From contig OZ241847.1 of NCBI GenBank assembly GCA_965202915.1, positions 2,194,242-2,258,241 on the forward strand: 64,000 nt of DNA, in the 5' to 3' direction. The notes beneath the pieces were generated by a model. That model saw only the letters and a program-made list of their open reading frames with translations, made no database searches and was not told the DNA's origin. The DNA is from Gammaproteobacteria bacterium. GTDB lineage: Bacteria > Pseudomonadota > Gammaproteobacteria > Eutrophobiales > Eutrophobiaceae. The translations under genes and the position numbers were made by a program. Shown here piece by piece: positions 18,785 through 29,021 of the stretch; the first letter of the stretch is position 1; every line of letters begins with the position of its first letter.

Positions 18785-19497
18785 ACCGGATGCTGATGAT
18801 GAATGATATTGACCCGCACGTCGTAGAGTTCCTCAATCATCTTGCCGCTGATTGATTCGGTGTCGTGGCAAATCAGTGTTTTATTCAGACAAGCGACTCT
18901 GCTGACATAGGAGGAAATAAAGGCCACGTCATGCGACACAATAATGATGGTCATATATTCATTGTATTTTTCCAGAAAACTGAAAATATTTTCTTCCCCT
19001 TTGACGTCAATATTGGCCGTTGGCTCATCCAAAATAAGGATCTTCGGACGACAAACCAGCGCCCGCGCCACCAATACACGCTGGAGTTGGCCGCCCGATA
19101 ACGCGCCTATGGGTTTGGCGGCTATATGATCGATTTCCACCTCCCGCATGGTTTCCCTTACCAACGCACTGTGCTCAGACTGTATGCTATTGGCGGTTCC
19201 AAGCATGACCACTTCTTCAACAGTGATCGGAAAGTCTCTGGAAAACTTTGCATATTGGGGAACATAACCAATGTGATGCACGGCTTGTTCAGGCGGCTTG
19301 CCATAAATTGTGATCTTGCCGCGTTCAGGCTTTAGCAGTCCCAGCATTAATTTAAGGAGGGTCGTCTTGCCGCCGGCATTCGGGCCAATGATGCCAATAA
19401 ATTCCTCTTGATAAATGGAAAGATTAATATCCTTTAATACCCGCACCTCCGAATAGGAGAAATCAAGCGCCTGAATATCGATGACTATATCCGCCAT
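18781..19497 (-). CDS. znuC: Zinc ABC transporter ATP-binding protein.
   Basis: Walker A is GPNAGGKTT, the ABC signature is LSGGQLQRV and Walker B is ILILDEP. Confidence 0.85.
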   Translation of the reverse strand: MADIVIDIQALDFSYSEVRVLKDINLSIYQEEFIGIIGPNAGGKTTLLKLMLGLLKPERGKITIYGKPPEQAVHHIGYVPQYAKFSRDFPITVEEVVMLGTANSIQSEHSALVRETMREVEIDHIAAKPIGALSGGQLQRVLVARALVCRPKILILDEPTANIDVKGEENIFSFLEKYNEYMTIIIVSHDVAFISSYVSRVACLNKTLICHDTESISGKMIEELYDVRVNIIHHQHPV

Positions 19498-20462
19498 TAT
19501 CTTAATGATAATGCAATTGCATCACTCACGCGATCCAGATTGGCAAGATAATCCTCCGCCAACGGGTCTATAGTGATAATGTTGCCATTAATCTCTTTCG
19601 CAAGAACGCTGGCGGCATTTTGATTGAACTGGGGCTGTACAAATATGGTGCGCACCGCGTTTGTTTTGGCAAATTGGATCAGATCAACCAGTTTTGCGGC
19701 ATTAAGCTCGCGTCCATATTCCTCAAGTGATACCTGAACCAGGTCATAATCATGGGCAAAATATCCCCATGCAGGATGTGAAACGATAAATGCTTTGCGT
19801 TTTTTATCGGCCAGTTTGGATTTGATTTTTTCATCCATCAAAATGAGGGCGTCGGTTAAATGTTTGTGGTTGTCGGCAAATTCACTTTGCAATAAAGGTT
19901 TCAAGCGGAGGAGATGCGCGTATATTGCATCCGCTAAATGCGCCGCCTGTCTTGGACTGGTCCATATATGGGGATCAATATTATTACCGCTTTGATGGTG
20001 GTGGTGATCATTAATTTTGACGGCCGCGTCACAGCACCTGAGCAGTTGCATTTGCGGGTGGCGTTGCATAAAGACCTCGGCCCAAACCGATTCAAAAGGA
20101 ACACCAATAAAAAAAAACAGGTCCGTCGAGGCCAGTGCCGCCATTTGTTTTGGGGTCGGTTCATAGATCGCCGGATTATGCCCAGGTTTCACCATTACAG
20201 ACACGTCAACGTGGTCCCCGCCGATGCGTTCAACAAAATATTTTTGTGGTGGCACCGATACAAACACCCTGATCTTGTCATCCGCATGCAGGAATGATGC
20301 GTTGAGTAGCAGGACAAATAAAATACAGTGGCCGATAAGGTTGCCTCTGTCCATATCCATCATTGATTTCATAAAATCCGTAACGGCCAAATGGCCTGAT
20401 TGGTTTCCGGTAAAGACCCGTTTTGCGAGCTTGTCACTGAATATACGGCACCGATGGTTCAT
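19497..20462 (-). CDS. znuA: Zinc ABC transporter periplasmic binding protein with a His-rich loop. The true start is probably downstream, at MKSMMDM..., before the signal peptide.
   Basis: A signal-like segment, a cluster-9 SBP fold and the His-rich loop DHHHHQSGNNIDPH are present. Confidence 0.8.
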   Translation of the reverse strand: MNHRCRIFSDKLAKRVFTGNQSGHLAVTDFMKSMMDMDRGNLIGHCILFVLLLNASFLHADDKIRVFVSVPPQKYFVERIGGDHVDVSVMVKPGHNPAIYEPTPKQMAALASTDLFFFIGVPFESVWAEVFMQRHPQMQLLRCCDAAVKINDHHHHQSGNNIDPHIWTSPRQAAHLADAIYAHLLRLKPLLQSEFADNHKHLTDALILMDEKIKSKLADKKRKAFIVSHPAWGYFAHDYDLVQVSLEEYGRELNAAKLVDLIQFAKTNAVRTIFVQPQFNQNAASVLAKEINGNIITIDPLAEDYLANLDRVSDAIALSLR

Positions 20463-20925
20463 GCCCGGGCGGTCTTGCCGGCCATTTGATTGAACGCCAC
20501 AAGCTATGCAGCGTCTAATACCTCAAGCCTGGTCGTTCCGCAATAAATGTAACCCTCGATATAATGAACACCCTTTTGAGCCGCCACGCTTGTTTGCTGA
20601 ATTGATTGTAACAGGCATATAAACATTACGCCGATCTTTCACGGGTCGGAACGGGCTGATAGTATTATGGTTTTGCATGATCAAGTATCGATTACACTAT
20701 AACATATCACCTTATTTTATTGCACGTTCCGACTGGTTAATAGTGTGAATCCGGATAACAATCAAAGCGGCCGCGTCGCTTTATTGCACCTGCCATCGAA
20801 CGCTGGGATAAATATGCAGTCCGGAACACCTGGCACAACCGGGCGCCCTCGATTCAGCGATCACCGGGCGGGCGGTAATATTGGTTTAAGCGGGTGTTTC
20901 CAATATAATTGGCGAAAAAGTTGAT

Positions 20926-21186
20926 ATGGACGATGGAATAAAATACGACGAATATCTCGATGCCAAGGGTCTGAATTGCCCCTTGCCCATCTTAAAGACC
21001 AAGGTGCTGCTCAATAAAATGCAAGCCGGTCGAGTGCTTTACGTTGAAGCCACCGACCCACATTCAAAGGTTGATTTTGAAGCCTATTGCGCCAGAACAA
21101 ATCACGGTTTGTTGACCAGTGGTAAAACCGATGATGGGATTTTTTCCTTTTATATAAAACGCGCCGAAAATCCAAAAAAAATATGA
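20926..21186 (+). CDS. TusA/SirA-family sulfurtransferase-like protein.
   Basis: 86 aa. LNCPLPILK is a CPxP motif. Confidence 0.75.
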   Translation: MDDGIKYDEYLDAKGLNCPLPILKTKVLLNKMQAGRVLYVEATDPHSKVDFEAYCARTNHGLLTSGKTDDGIFSFYIKRAENPKKI

Positions 21187-21318
21187 ACGTCCGTCGCCCA
21201 TATTAACCATGATGCCCTGCTTTATTATGCAAGCGCGGCATACATCCGCAACTCTAACGAGCATATCTCATCCGGTAATGATATGATATACAGGGCATGC
21301 CGCTCCGCGGAGGATAGA

Positions 21319-21981
21319 ATGACTGCAAAAAAGATTTTAGTTGTTGACGACGACGCCACCACTGCGATTGTTATGCAGTTGTACCTGCGAAATTTCGGTT
21401 TCCACGTACCTACTATTGCCAAGTCGGCCAGCGAGGCGATTTCCATGGCAAAAGCCGAAAGACCAGACCTGGTATTAATGGACATTCGCCTTGGAGGAGG
21501 TCTGGATGGCATTGACGCCGCCGAGGTGATCATTGAAAGGATTGGTATTCCGGTGGTTTACGTCACCGCCTATTCGGATGAAGCCACCCTGGAACGGGCA
21601 CAATTGTCCAACCCCGTCGGTTTTATTAATAAACCGTTGCGCGAAAAAGATCTGAAGACAACACTTCGATTTGCATTGACCGGCAATAACAAGCCGCAAC
21701 CAAAAACCGTCCGAAACTTTAATATGGTCTCAATGTTGCGAAATATTTATGATCTTACCCGTGCGGAAGCAAGAGTAGTGGCGACCTTGCTTAATAACCC
21801 CAATGTTGAAAATGCCGCAAACACCTTACACGTCAGTCTCTCCACCGTGCGCACGCATTTAAAGCATATATATCGAAAGACCGGCACCAAACGCCAAACG
21901 GCCCTGCTACACAAAATAGTGACCGGGCCAATCCCAACAATAATGGGTTCTCCCGAACTACCGATCCAAACTGAGGACTGA
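21319..21981 (+). CDS. Two-component response regulator with a receiver domain and a LuxR-type HTH.
   Basis: KILVVDDD...LVLMDIRL is the receiver, and the C-terminal ...LTRAEARVVATLL...LHVSLSTVRTHLKHIYRKTG is the HTH. Confidence 0.75.
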   Translation: MTAKKILVVDDDATTAIVMQLYLRNFGFHVPTIAKSASEAISMAKAERPDLVLMDIRLGGGLDGIDAAEVIIERIGIPVVYVTAYSDEATLERAQLSNPVGFINKPLREKDLKTTLRFALTGNNKPQPKTVRNFNMVSMLRNIYDLTRAEARVVATLLNNPNVENAANTLHVSLSTVRTHLKHIYRKTGTKRQTALLHKIVTGPIPTIMGSPELPIQTED

Positions 21982-22075
21982 GATAAATTGCCCGCAAACA
22001 TTGACCCCAAAAGCAATCCCGAACAGACCATGTATTCAATCCCACGGCCTTTAGCCGCGGTTCGGTAAATAAAAT

Positions 22076-22152
22076 TGGTAGCGGGGGCAGGATTTGAACC
22101 TGCGACCTTCGGGTTATGAGCCCGACGAGCTGCCAGACTGCTCCACCCCGCA
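22076..22152 (-). tRNA. Initiator tRNA-fMet (anticodon CAU).
   Basis: The reverse complement is TGCGGGGTGGAGCAGTCTGGCAGCTCGTCGGGCTCATAACCCGAAGGTCGCAGGTTCAAATCCTGCCCCCGCTACCA. It is nearly identical to E. coli tRNA-fMet, with three G-C pairs in the anticodon stem and an unpaired 1:72 position. Confidence 0.9.
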
Positions 22153-22294
22153 CCGGACGGTCAAGTATAAAGGCCTGAGTTTATTTTTCAAGGGGGGCGT
22201 ATAAATCCGCAATATACGGATCAGTATGGGATAGACGGGGTTGTGGTTGCGATGTGCTCGGACAATAACCGTAGCCAGAGAGATATCGCCTCAA

Positions 22295-22801
22295 CTAACC
22301 GCCACTCAATAATGCAAAAACGCCAATGATCGCACCGATTCCAACACCAATTTGAACGTCCGCGGGTGCATTAACGACGGCCTTTGTGAACCAGTCATAT
22401 TCCTGTTCCGGTTGTTGCTCGGGAGCGTCGGTGGCCTGGGGCTCAGCAGATTCATCGTTTGCCGTTGTTTTGCCGTTTCCCGCTTCAGCACCATGATAAA
22501 TATAATAATCACTCTCGGTAACGCGGATACCACCCAGTTCAAATGACCATATCCCGTGTTTGTCCATCTCCAGGCCGAAAAGCGCCGGCTTGTTGAGATC
22601 AAAACCGGAATCAATGGGTGTTTGTATCAAGCTGCGGTCCAGTCTCAAGCCAAAACTGTATTGGTTCGCCGATTGACTTGCGCCGGCGAGCGGAATATTA
22701 AAATAGACGTAGGCCTGATGATCCAGAACAGGTTCGATGGCATAAAGGTTGAAAGAAACGGCTGAAATAACCGCGAATAGAAGACAGTGTGGTTTGCGCA
22801 T
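22295..22801 (-). CDS. Secreted or membrane-anchored hypothetical protein.
   Basis: A signal-like MRKPHCLLFAVISAVSFNLYA and an acidic low-complexity region are present. The C-terminus is hydrophobic: IGVGIGAIIGVFALLSGG. Confidence 0.45.
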   Translation of the reverse strand: MRKPHCLLFAVISAVSFNLYAIEPVLDHQAYVYFNIPLAGASQSANQYSFGLRLDRSLIQTPIDSGFDLNKPALFGLEMDKHGIWSFELGGIRVTESDYYIYHGAEAGNGKTTANDESAEPQATDAPEQQPEQEYDWFTKAVVNAPADVQIGVGIGAIIGVFALLSGG

Positions 22802-22918
22802 ATTATCCTCCCCGGCTATATGAGGGCATGATGAATGACCATGAAAAACCAATATCGATATTTACCCTGCCAGGGGCGTATTCAAGCGGTGCCGTGAAAT
22901 GCTGCAATCTCATCACCT

Positions 22919-23389
22919 TTAGAACGGGATATCATCATCCAAGTCGGCGGTCGGGCCGGGTTGTTGAGGTTTTGCCGGTGCCGGATTTTCACCCGCATTA
23001 GGCCGGGCATTTTGCTGTGGAGGCGTGCTATCAATACTGGCCGAGCCGCCACTGCGACTATCCAGCATTTGCATTTCCCTGGCGACGATTTCCGTCGTAT
23101 AGCGATCATTACCCTCCTTGTCCTGCCATTTACTTGTTTGTATTCGGCCCTCCACGTACACCTTGGAGCCCTTATGCAGGTATTCACCAACGATCTCGGC
23201 AAGGCGCCCGAAAAAAACCACTCTATGCCACTCCGTGCGTTCCTGCTGGTCGCCGGTTTCTTTGTCACGCCATGACTCACTGGTGGCAATACTTATGTTG
23301 GCAACCGCGGCCCCATTGGCCGTGTAGCGTATATCCGGATCATTCCCCAGATTACCGATTAAAATAGCTTTATTAATACCGCCGGCCAT
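22919..23389 (-). CDS. ssb: Single-stranded DNA-binding protein.
   Basis: [23 protein letters not shown]... has an OB fold, and the tail is Gly/Gln/Pro-rich and ends in DDDIPF. Confidence 0.9.
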   Translation of the reverse strand: MAGGINKAILIGNLGNDPDIRYTANGAAVANISIATSESWRDKETGDQQERTEWHRVVFFGRLAEIVGEYLHKGSKVYVEGRIQTSKWQDKEGNDRYTTEIVAREMQMLDSRSGGSASIDSTPPQQNARPNAGENPAPAKPQQPGPTADLDDDIPF

Positions 23390-23669
23390 ATTTTGATCCC
23401 CCTGTCTCCTTAATAGTGTCCTTGCTCCCGGCACAGGATACCCTTTTTGTTGGAAAGATGACAACAAATATTTGATGCCGGCACATTCTAAAAAACGGCG
23501 GGACGGCGAGTGTCTGGCAGGACGTCTTTCCAGTGCGGGCGTCTTGCCGGTCGATCTCTGCATTCCCTTTCAAGTTGACCCCGGAACGCCGGTCACGCAA
23601 CAGGTTGATTCTGCCCGCGTTGCGCAAATTATCCGGCAGAACCCTCAGACGGCGGATTTGCTGTTTTGC

Positions 23670-25091
23670 TCAGGCCTTTTGCTCAGACCGCGCATCCAGA
23701 ATGTATCCGGCTTGATGCAGTGAATCGCGATCCAGATTATCGATATCAACCTTCAAATAGGCCACGCCCTCTTCCGCGACCACGGTTGCATCCACCACCC
23801 CGGATACGGCCGATAACGTGCCGGCCAGTTTGCCGGCGTTTTCGGCGTCCAGCTTGCCTACGTTAAGCAGATAGCTCTTATGCCGAGCGAGCCGGGGCAG
23901 GGTCAATATCAGGATAAGCCAGGGCAGGGTTAATAACGCACAACCAAAATAAACCGCGGCAATACCAAATAGTGCATATAATCCACCGCCCGCTATTCCA
24001 CCCACAAAAATGCCGGCAAATTGGGCGGTGGAATGTGCACCGAGGGCGGTGCCCTTGGCGGCAATCGGCGCACTGCGCGACACCTGCGAAGGCAGGAAGG
24101 CTTCAAGGTAATTAAATGCAATAAACAGCATCGTGGTCAAGAAAAACACCGCGGCATGTGAGGAATAGTATAATGCATTGCCGAATTGTGAGATAAATAG
24201 TAACAGGGTTGAAGGAAGTAGATATTTGCCGGGGTTGCCCCGGCGTTCTCCATATACCAACACCGAGCCGGCAATCACCAGCGAAATGAGGACTACCGGC
24301 AAATAAAAATGCCAATGCATTGCCGCCTCCAGTCGGTGATGGTCGAGCAGGATAATCGGCAACACGGTAAAATTGGCCATAAGGATCGTATGGGCGATAA
24401 GGATGCTGAGATTAAGCCGCACCAAAACAGGGTTGCGGATCACCGATTTTAAATCGGCGTAAATGAATCCGGTGTCGCGATATCTGCGTATCCGCCGGGG
24501 ATCGGGCACCATAACAAACAGGACGGCTATCGCGGCAACGGCGAGCAGAGTGCACAATAGGAACAGGCCGGCGTGGCCCACCACCGCGTACATTATCGGC
24601 CCGGCAACAAAGGCGAATGAAAACGCGAGCCCTATGCCGCCGCCAATAATCGCCATGATCTTGGTACGCTGCTCATCTCGGGTTAAATCCGCGGCCAGCG
24701 CCAGCGTGGCCGCGGCTATCGCACCGGCCCCCTGCAACGCCCGACCGATAATGATCATATCGATGGTATCAGCCCCGGCGGCGATCAGACTGCCCACGGC
24801 GAAAATAACCAGTCCCAGGGTAATAACCGGTTTTCTTCCCCAGCGATCGGATAACAGGCCAAACGGGATTTGAAAGACCGCCTGCGTCAGACCGTAGATC
24901 CCCAGCGCAAGCCCGGTCTTAAAAGGCGTGTTGCCGGCAAGCTCGTTTGCCATCAGGGCAATGACCGGCAACAGCATAAACAGCCCCAGCATGCGAAGAA
25001 ACAGCACCAGGGAAACGGACGCTCCAACTTTTAACTCAAAAGCGGAAATTTTATTATCGGGGGTCACTGACGATTGAATTGCATCACGCAT
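23670..25091 (-). CDS. MFS transporter with a ~90-aa C-terminal soluble extension.
   Basis: There are twelve predicted TM segments and the MFS motif [11 protein letters not shown]. The start was taken at MRDAIQSS, which is internal to the track ORF. Confidence 0.65.
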   Translation of the reverse strand: MRDAIQSSVTPDNKISAFELKVGASVSLVLFLRMLGLFMLLPVIALMANELAGNTPFKTGLALGIYGLTQAVFQIPFGLLSDRWGRKPVITLGLVIFAVGSLIAAGADTIDMIIIGRALQGAGAIAAATLALAADLTRDEQRTKIMAIIGGGIGLAFSFAFVAGPIMYAVVGHAGLFLLCTLLAVAAIAVLFVMVPDPRRIRRYRDTGFIYADLKSVIRNPVLVRLNLSILIAHTILMANFTVLPIILLDHHRLEAAMHWHFYLPVVLISLVIAGSVLVYGERRGNPGKYLLPSTLLLFISQFGNALYYSSHAAVFFLTTMLFIAFNYLEAFLPSQVSRSAPIAAKGTALGAHSTAQFAGIFVGGIAGGGLYALFGIAAVYFGCALLTLPWLILILTLPRLARHKSYLLNVGKLDAENAGKLAGTLSAVSGVVDATVVAEEGVAYLKVDIDNLDRDSLHQAGYILDARSEQKA

Positions 25092-25140
25092 GTAAAAACA
25101 TTTATAGTAACAGGTTATTTTGTCACTGGCGAAAGAGTAA

Positions 25141-28020
25141 ATGGATAGTATTAGAATACGCGGGGCACGCACCCATAACCTGAATAATGTTGACCTGGAT
25201 ATTCCCAGGGACCGGCTCATCGTGATCACCGGGATCTCCGGATCAGGCAAATCATCGCTTGCATTTGATACCATCTATGCGGACGGGCAACGGCGTTACG
25301 TTGAATCGCTGTCGGCCTACGCGCGCCAGTTTCTATCGGTGATGGAAAAACCCGACGTCGATCATATAGAGGGTCTTTCACCGGCAATTTCCATCGAACA
25401 AAAATCAACCTCACATAACCCCCGTTCCACGGTCGGCACGATCACCGAAATCTATGATTATCTGCGCTTACTGTTTGCAAGAGTGGGTGAACCGCACTGC
25501 CCCACGCATCGGACGCCGCTGGCCGCGCAAACCGTCGGTCAGATGGTGGATCAAGTGATGACGCGTGAACAGGGGGAAAGATTAATGCTGCTTGCTCCGG
25601 TGGTACAGGATCGCAAGGGCGAACACGTGCAATTGATAGAACGACTCAGGATAGATGGTTTTTTGCGGGCGCGGGTGGACGGGCAAATCATTGAACTGGA
25701 CAACGTGCCCGCTCTCGATCTTTATAAAAAACACACAATAGAAGTGGTGGTCGATAGATTCAAGATTAAACCCACGCCGGAAATGCAACTCAGATTGAGC
25801 GAGTCCTTTGAAACCGCACTGAAATTATCCGAAGGTACGGCAAAGATCGTTGCAATGGATAATGAATGCGATGAACAACTGTTTTCTTCATTGTTTGCCT
25901 GTAATCAATGCGGTTATAGCCTGAACGAGCTTGAACCAAGATCATTTTCCTTCAATAATCCGGCCGGTGCCTGTGACGGCTGTGACGGCCTTGGGATAAT
26001 AGAGTTTGTCGACCCGGATCGAGTCGTGCGGGACCCTGATCTGAGCCTGCCCGGCGGCGCGATAAAGGGTTGGGACAGACGCAACGCCTATTATTACCAA
26101 ATGCTAAAGTCTCTCGCTCAGCATTATAAGTTTGAGCTTGACGCGCCGTTTAACCGTTTATCAAAAGAGATACAAAACGTGATTCTTTACGGCAGTGGAA
26201 CCGCCGAGATTGAATTCCAATATCTGCACGACGGCGGTACTCCCCTTGTTCAACGCCATACTTTTGAAGGCGTGTTGCCGAATATGCAACGACGCTTGCG
26301 GGAAACGGAATCAATTACGATGCGGGAAGAGCTGTCCAAATACCAGACCAGCACAAGCTGTTCAAAATGTGACGGCACCCGGCTGAACCAAGCCGCTCGC
26401 CACGTGTTTATAGAGACCATGGCCTTGCCGAATATCACCGCGATGACCATCGTCAAGGCGCAATCTTTTTTTGCGTCATTGCACTTGCAGGGAAGTCGCG
26501 GTGAAATTGCCGCCAAGATACTCAAGGAAGTGAACGACCGTTTGCGTTTCCTGGTCAACGTCGGGCTGGATTATTTGACGCTTAACCGCAGTGCCGAAAC
26601 ACTTTCCGGCGGAGAGGCGCAGCGAATACGCCTGGCCAGCCAGATCGGTGCCGGACTGGTCGGGGTAATGTACGTACTGGATGAACCTTCCATCGGATTG
26701 CATCAGCGTGATAACCGGCGACTGTTATCCACCCTGTTCGATTTACGTGATTTGGGAAATACCGTGATCGTCGTTGAACACGACGAGGAGGCGATCAATG
26801 CCGCGGATCACGTCATCGACATCGGTCCGGGCGCCGGTATTCATGGAGGCTGCATTGTCGCCGAGGGCAAACCTGAGGAGATCGCCGCCGATCCAAATTC
26901 GCTGACCGGACAATACTTGTCCGGCGTGAAAGAAATTGCAACACCCAGGCGACGCACGACCTATGACAAGACGCGCACCCTAAAACTGACGGGCGCAAGC
27001 GGTAATAATCTGAACTCGGTGAATTTGGCAATACCAATAGGGCTTATGACTTGTGTAACGGGTGTATCCGGATCGGGGAAATCGACACTGGTCAACGACA
27101 CGCTGTATAAAATCGCGTCACATAAATTGAATTGCGCCAATACTGAGCCGGCCCCATATCAATCCATCTGCGGTCTGGAACATTTTGACAAAGTCATCGA
27201 TATCAATCAGAGTCCAATAGGACGCACGCCGCGCTCTAATCCGGCCACCTACACCGGTGTATTTACACCGATACGGGAGTTGTACGCGGCCACTCAGGAG
27301 GCGCGTTCACGCGGCTATAAGCCGGGACGCTTCAGTTTTAATGTAAAAGGCGGTCGTTGCGAAGCCTGTCAGGGAGACGGTTTGATCAAGGTGGAAATGC
27401 ACTTCCTGCCGGACATATACGTCCCCTGCGACGTTTGCAAAGGCAGGCGCTATAACCGTGAAACTCTGGATATTCGCTACAAGGGCGTCAATATCCGCGA
27501 AACGCTTGAAATGACCATAGAAGAGGCCCGCGAGTTATTCGACGCGGTGCCGGTGATTGCCCGTAAGCTGCAAACCCTGATGGACGTTGGGCTTAGCTAT
27601 ATCCAGTTGGGTCAAAATGCGACGACTTTATCCGGTGGCGAGGCACAACGGATAAAATTATCCAAAGAACTGTCCAAGCGAGACACGGGTAAAACGCTTT
27701 ATATTCTGGATGAGCCGACAACCGGCCTGCATTTTCATGATATTCGACAACTTTTGGCCGTACTACGGCGCTTGCGGGACCACGGTAATACGATTGTGAT
27801 CATTGAGCATAACCTGGACGTGATCAAAACCGCCGATTGGATTGTCGATATGGGACCGGAAGGCGGTGACGGCGGTGGCAACATTATTGCCAAAGGCACG
27901 CCTGAGAAGATTGCACAGGCAAAAAAATCCTATACCGGGCAATTTCTCAAGAGATTATTTGCTCGCGCGACGCGGCAAAAACGCGCCGGTCGGCAAAAAA
28001 CTCTCGATAAAGTGGGTTGA
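25141..28020 (+). CDS. uvrA: Excinuclease ABC subunit A.
   Basis: 959 aa. It has two ABC modules, zinc-finger cysteines and ABC signatures: [22 protein letters not shown] and [12 protein letters not shown]. Confidence 0.95.
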   Translation: MDSIRIRGARTHNLNNVDLDIPRDRLIVITGISGSGKSSLAFDTIYADGQRRYVESLSAYARQFLSVMEKPDVDHIEGLSPAISIEQKSTSHNPRSTVGTITEIYDYLRLLFARVGEPHCPTHRTPLAAQTVGQMVDQVMTREQGERLMLLAPVVQDRKGEHVQLIERLRIDGFLRARVDGQIIELDNVPALDLYKKHTIEVVVDRFKIKPTPEMQLRLSESFETALKLSEGTAKIVAMDNECDEQLFSSLFACNQCGYSLNELEPRSFSFNNPAGACDGCDGLGIIEFVDPDRVVRDPDLSLPGGAIKGWDRRNAYYYQMLKSLAQHYKFELDAPFNRLSKEIQNVILYGSGTAEIEFQYLHDGGTPLVQRHTFEGVLPNMQRRLRETESITMREELSKYQTSTSCSKCDGTRLNQAARHVFIETMALPNITAMTIVKAQSFFASLHLQGSRGEIAAKILKEVNDRLRFLVNVGLDYLTLNRSAETLSGGEAQRIRLASQIGAGLVGVMYVLDEPSIGLHQRDNRRLLSTLFDLRDLGNTVIVVEHDEEAINAADHVIDIGPGAGIHGGCIVAEGKPEEIAADPNSLTGQYLSGVKEIATPRRRTTYDKTRTLKLTGASGNNLNSVNLAIPIGLMTCVTGVSGSGKSTLVNDTLYKIASHKLNCANTEPAPYQSICGLEHFDKVIDINQSPIGRTPRSNPATYTGVFTPIRELYAATQEARSRGYKPGRFSFNVKGGRCEACQGDGLIKVEMHFLPDIYVPCDVCKGRRYNRETLDIRYKGVNIRETLEMTIEEARELFDAVPVIARKLQTLMDVGLSYIQLGQNATTLSGGEAQRIKLSKELSKRDTGKTLYILDEPTTGLHFHDIRQLLAVLRRLRDHGNTIVIIEHNLDVIKTADWIVDMGPEGGDGGGNIIAKGTPEKIAQAKKSYTGQFLKRLFARATRQKRAGRQKTLDKVG

Positions 28021-28082
28021 TACCTTTTCAAACTGAGCGCATTTCATTTATCATGAATACAACAACCCATTAAATATATGAT

Positions 28083-29018
28083 ATGAAAGCGCTTATTTGT
28101 GGCTCAGTTGCCTACGATAATATTATGGTCTTTCCGGACTATTTTAAAAACCATATTTTGCCCGATAAGGTACACATGCTTAATGTGTCATTCATGGTGC
28201 CGAGTCTGAGGCGCGAGTTCGGCGGCTGCGCGGGAAACATCGCCTATAATCTAAATCTGCTCATGGATGATATTGCCGTGCCCATGGGAACGGTGGGTAA
28301 AGATTTCCAACCTTATGCAAACTGGATGGATAAAAATAAGATAAATCGGCAATGCGTCAGAGTCATTGATACCGTTTTTACCGCGCAGGCCTACATTACC
28401 ACCGATTTGGATGATAATCAGATCACCGCTTTTCACTCCGGGGCGATGGAATTTGCGCATCACAACAAAATTGTGAACAAAGACGATATAGCCATCGGCG
28501 TGATTGCGCCCGATGGCCGTGAAGGCATGCTTCAGCACGCCGCACGGTTTCATGATCTGGGCATTCCTTTTATCTTCGACCCGGGACAGGGCATGCCTAT
28601 GTTTGGCGGAGAAGAATTAAAGGATTTTATCCATCAGGCGGATTGGATCACGGTCAATGATTATGAATGGCAGCTCATGCAAAAGTACACCGGATATAAC
28701 GCCGAGGAGGTTGCCGAACAGGTGCGGGCACTGGTTGTGACCCTGGGCGGTCAGGGATCGATAATTTACGCGGCGGGCAAAGAGTATAAAATACCGGCGG
28801 TACAAGTTGATCACTTACAGGATCCAACCGGTTGCGGCGATGCTTTTCGCGCCGGCCTGATGTACGGCTTATTAAAAGATATGGATTGGGAAACCATGGG
28901 GCGCGTTGCATCGTTAATGGGCGCCATCAAGATTGCATCACACGGCAATCAGAATCATTCATTCACGTTCGACGAGTTTCAAGCAAAATTCAAAGAAAGC
29001 TTTAACCGAACAATATAA
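28083..29018 (+). CDS. PfkB-family carbohydrate/nucleoside kinase.
   Basis: DPTGCGDAFRAGLMYGL is the PfkB C-terminal signature. Confidence 0.7.
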   Translation: MKALICGSVAYDNIMVFPDYFKNHILPDKVHMLNVSFMVPSLRREFGGCAGNIAYNLNLLMDDIAVPMGTVGKDFQPYANWMDKNKINRQCVRVIDTVFTAQAYITTDLDDNQITAFHSGAMEFAHHNKIVNKDDIAIGVIAPDGREGMLQHAARFHDLGIPFIFDPGQGMPMFGGEELKDFIHQADWITVNDYEWQLMQKYTGYNAEEVAEQVRALVVTLGGQGSIIYAAGKEYKIPAVQVDHLQDPTGCGDAFRAGLMYGLLKDMDWETMGRVASLMGAIKIASHGNQNHSFTFDEFQAKFKESFNRTI

Positions 29019-29021
29019 AAA

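Noticed and set aside
20463-20925. Possible Zur box upstream of znuA (tgtaacaggcatataaacattac, around 20600).
   Set aside because: It is only a weak partial palindrome, ~130 nt from the start. The match is not convincing without a position-weight-matrix scan.
22295-22801. The C-terminal hydrophobic tail (GVGIGAIIGVFALLSGG) as a PEP-CTERM or GlyGly-CTERM sorting signal.
   Set aside because: There is no PEP motif and no basic cluster after the hydrophobic stretch. It is more likely a simple C-terminal anchor or ordinary hydrophobic end.
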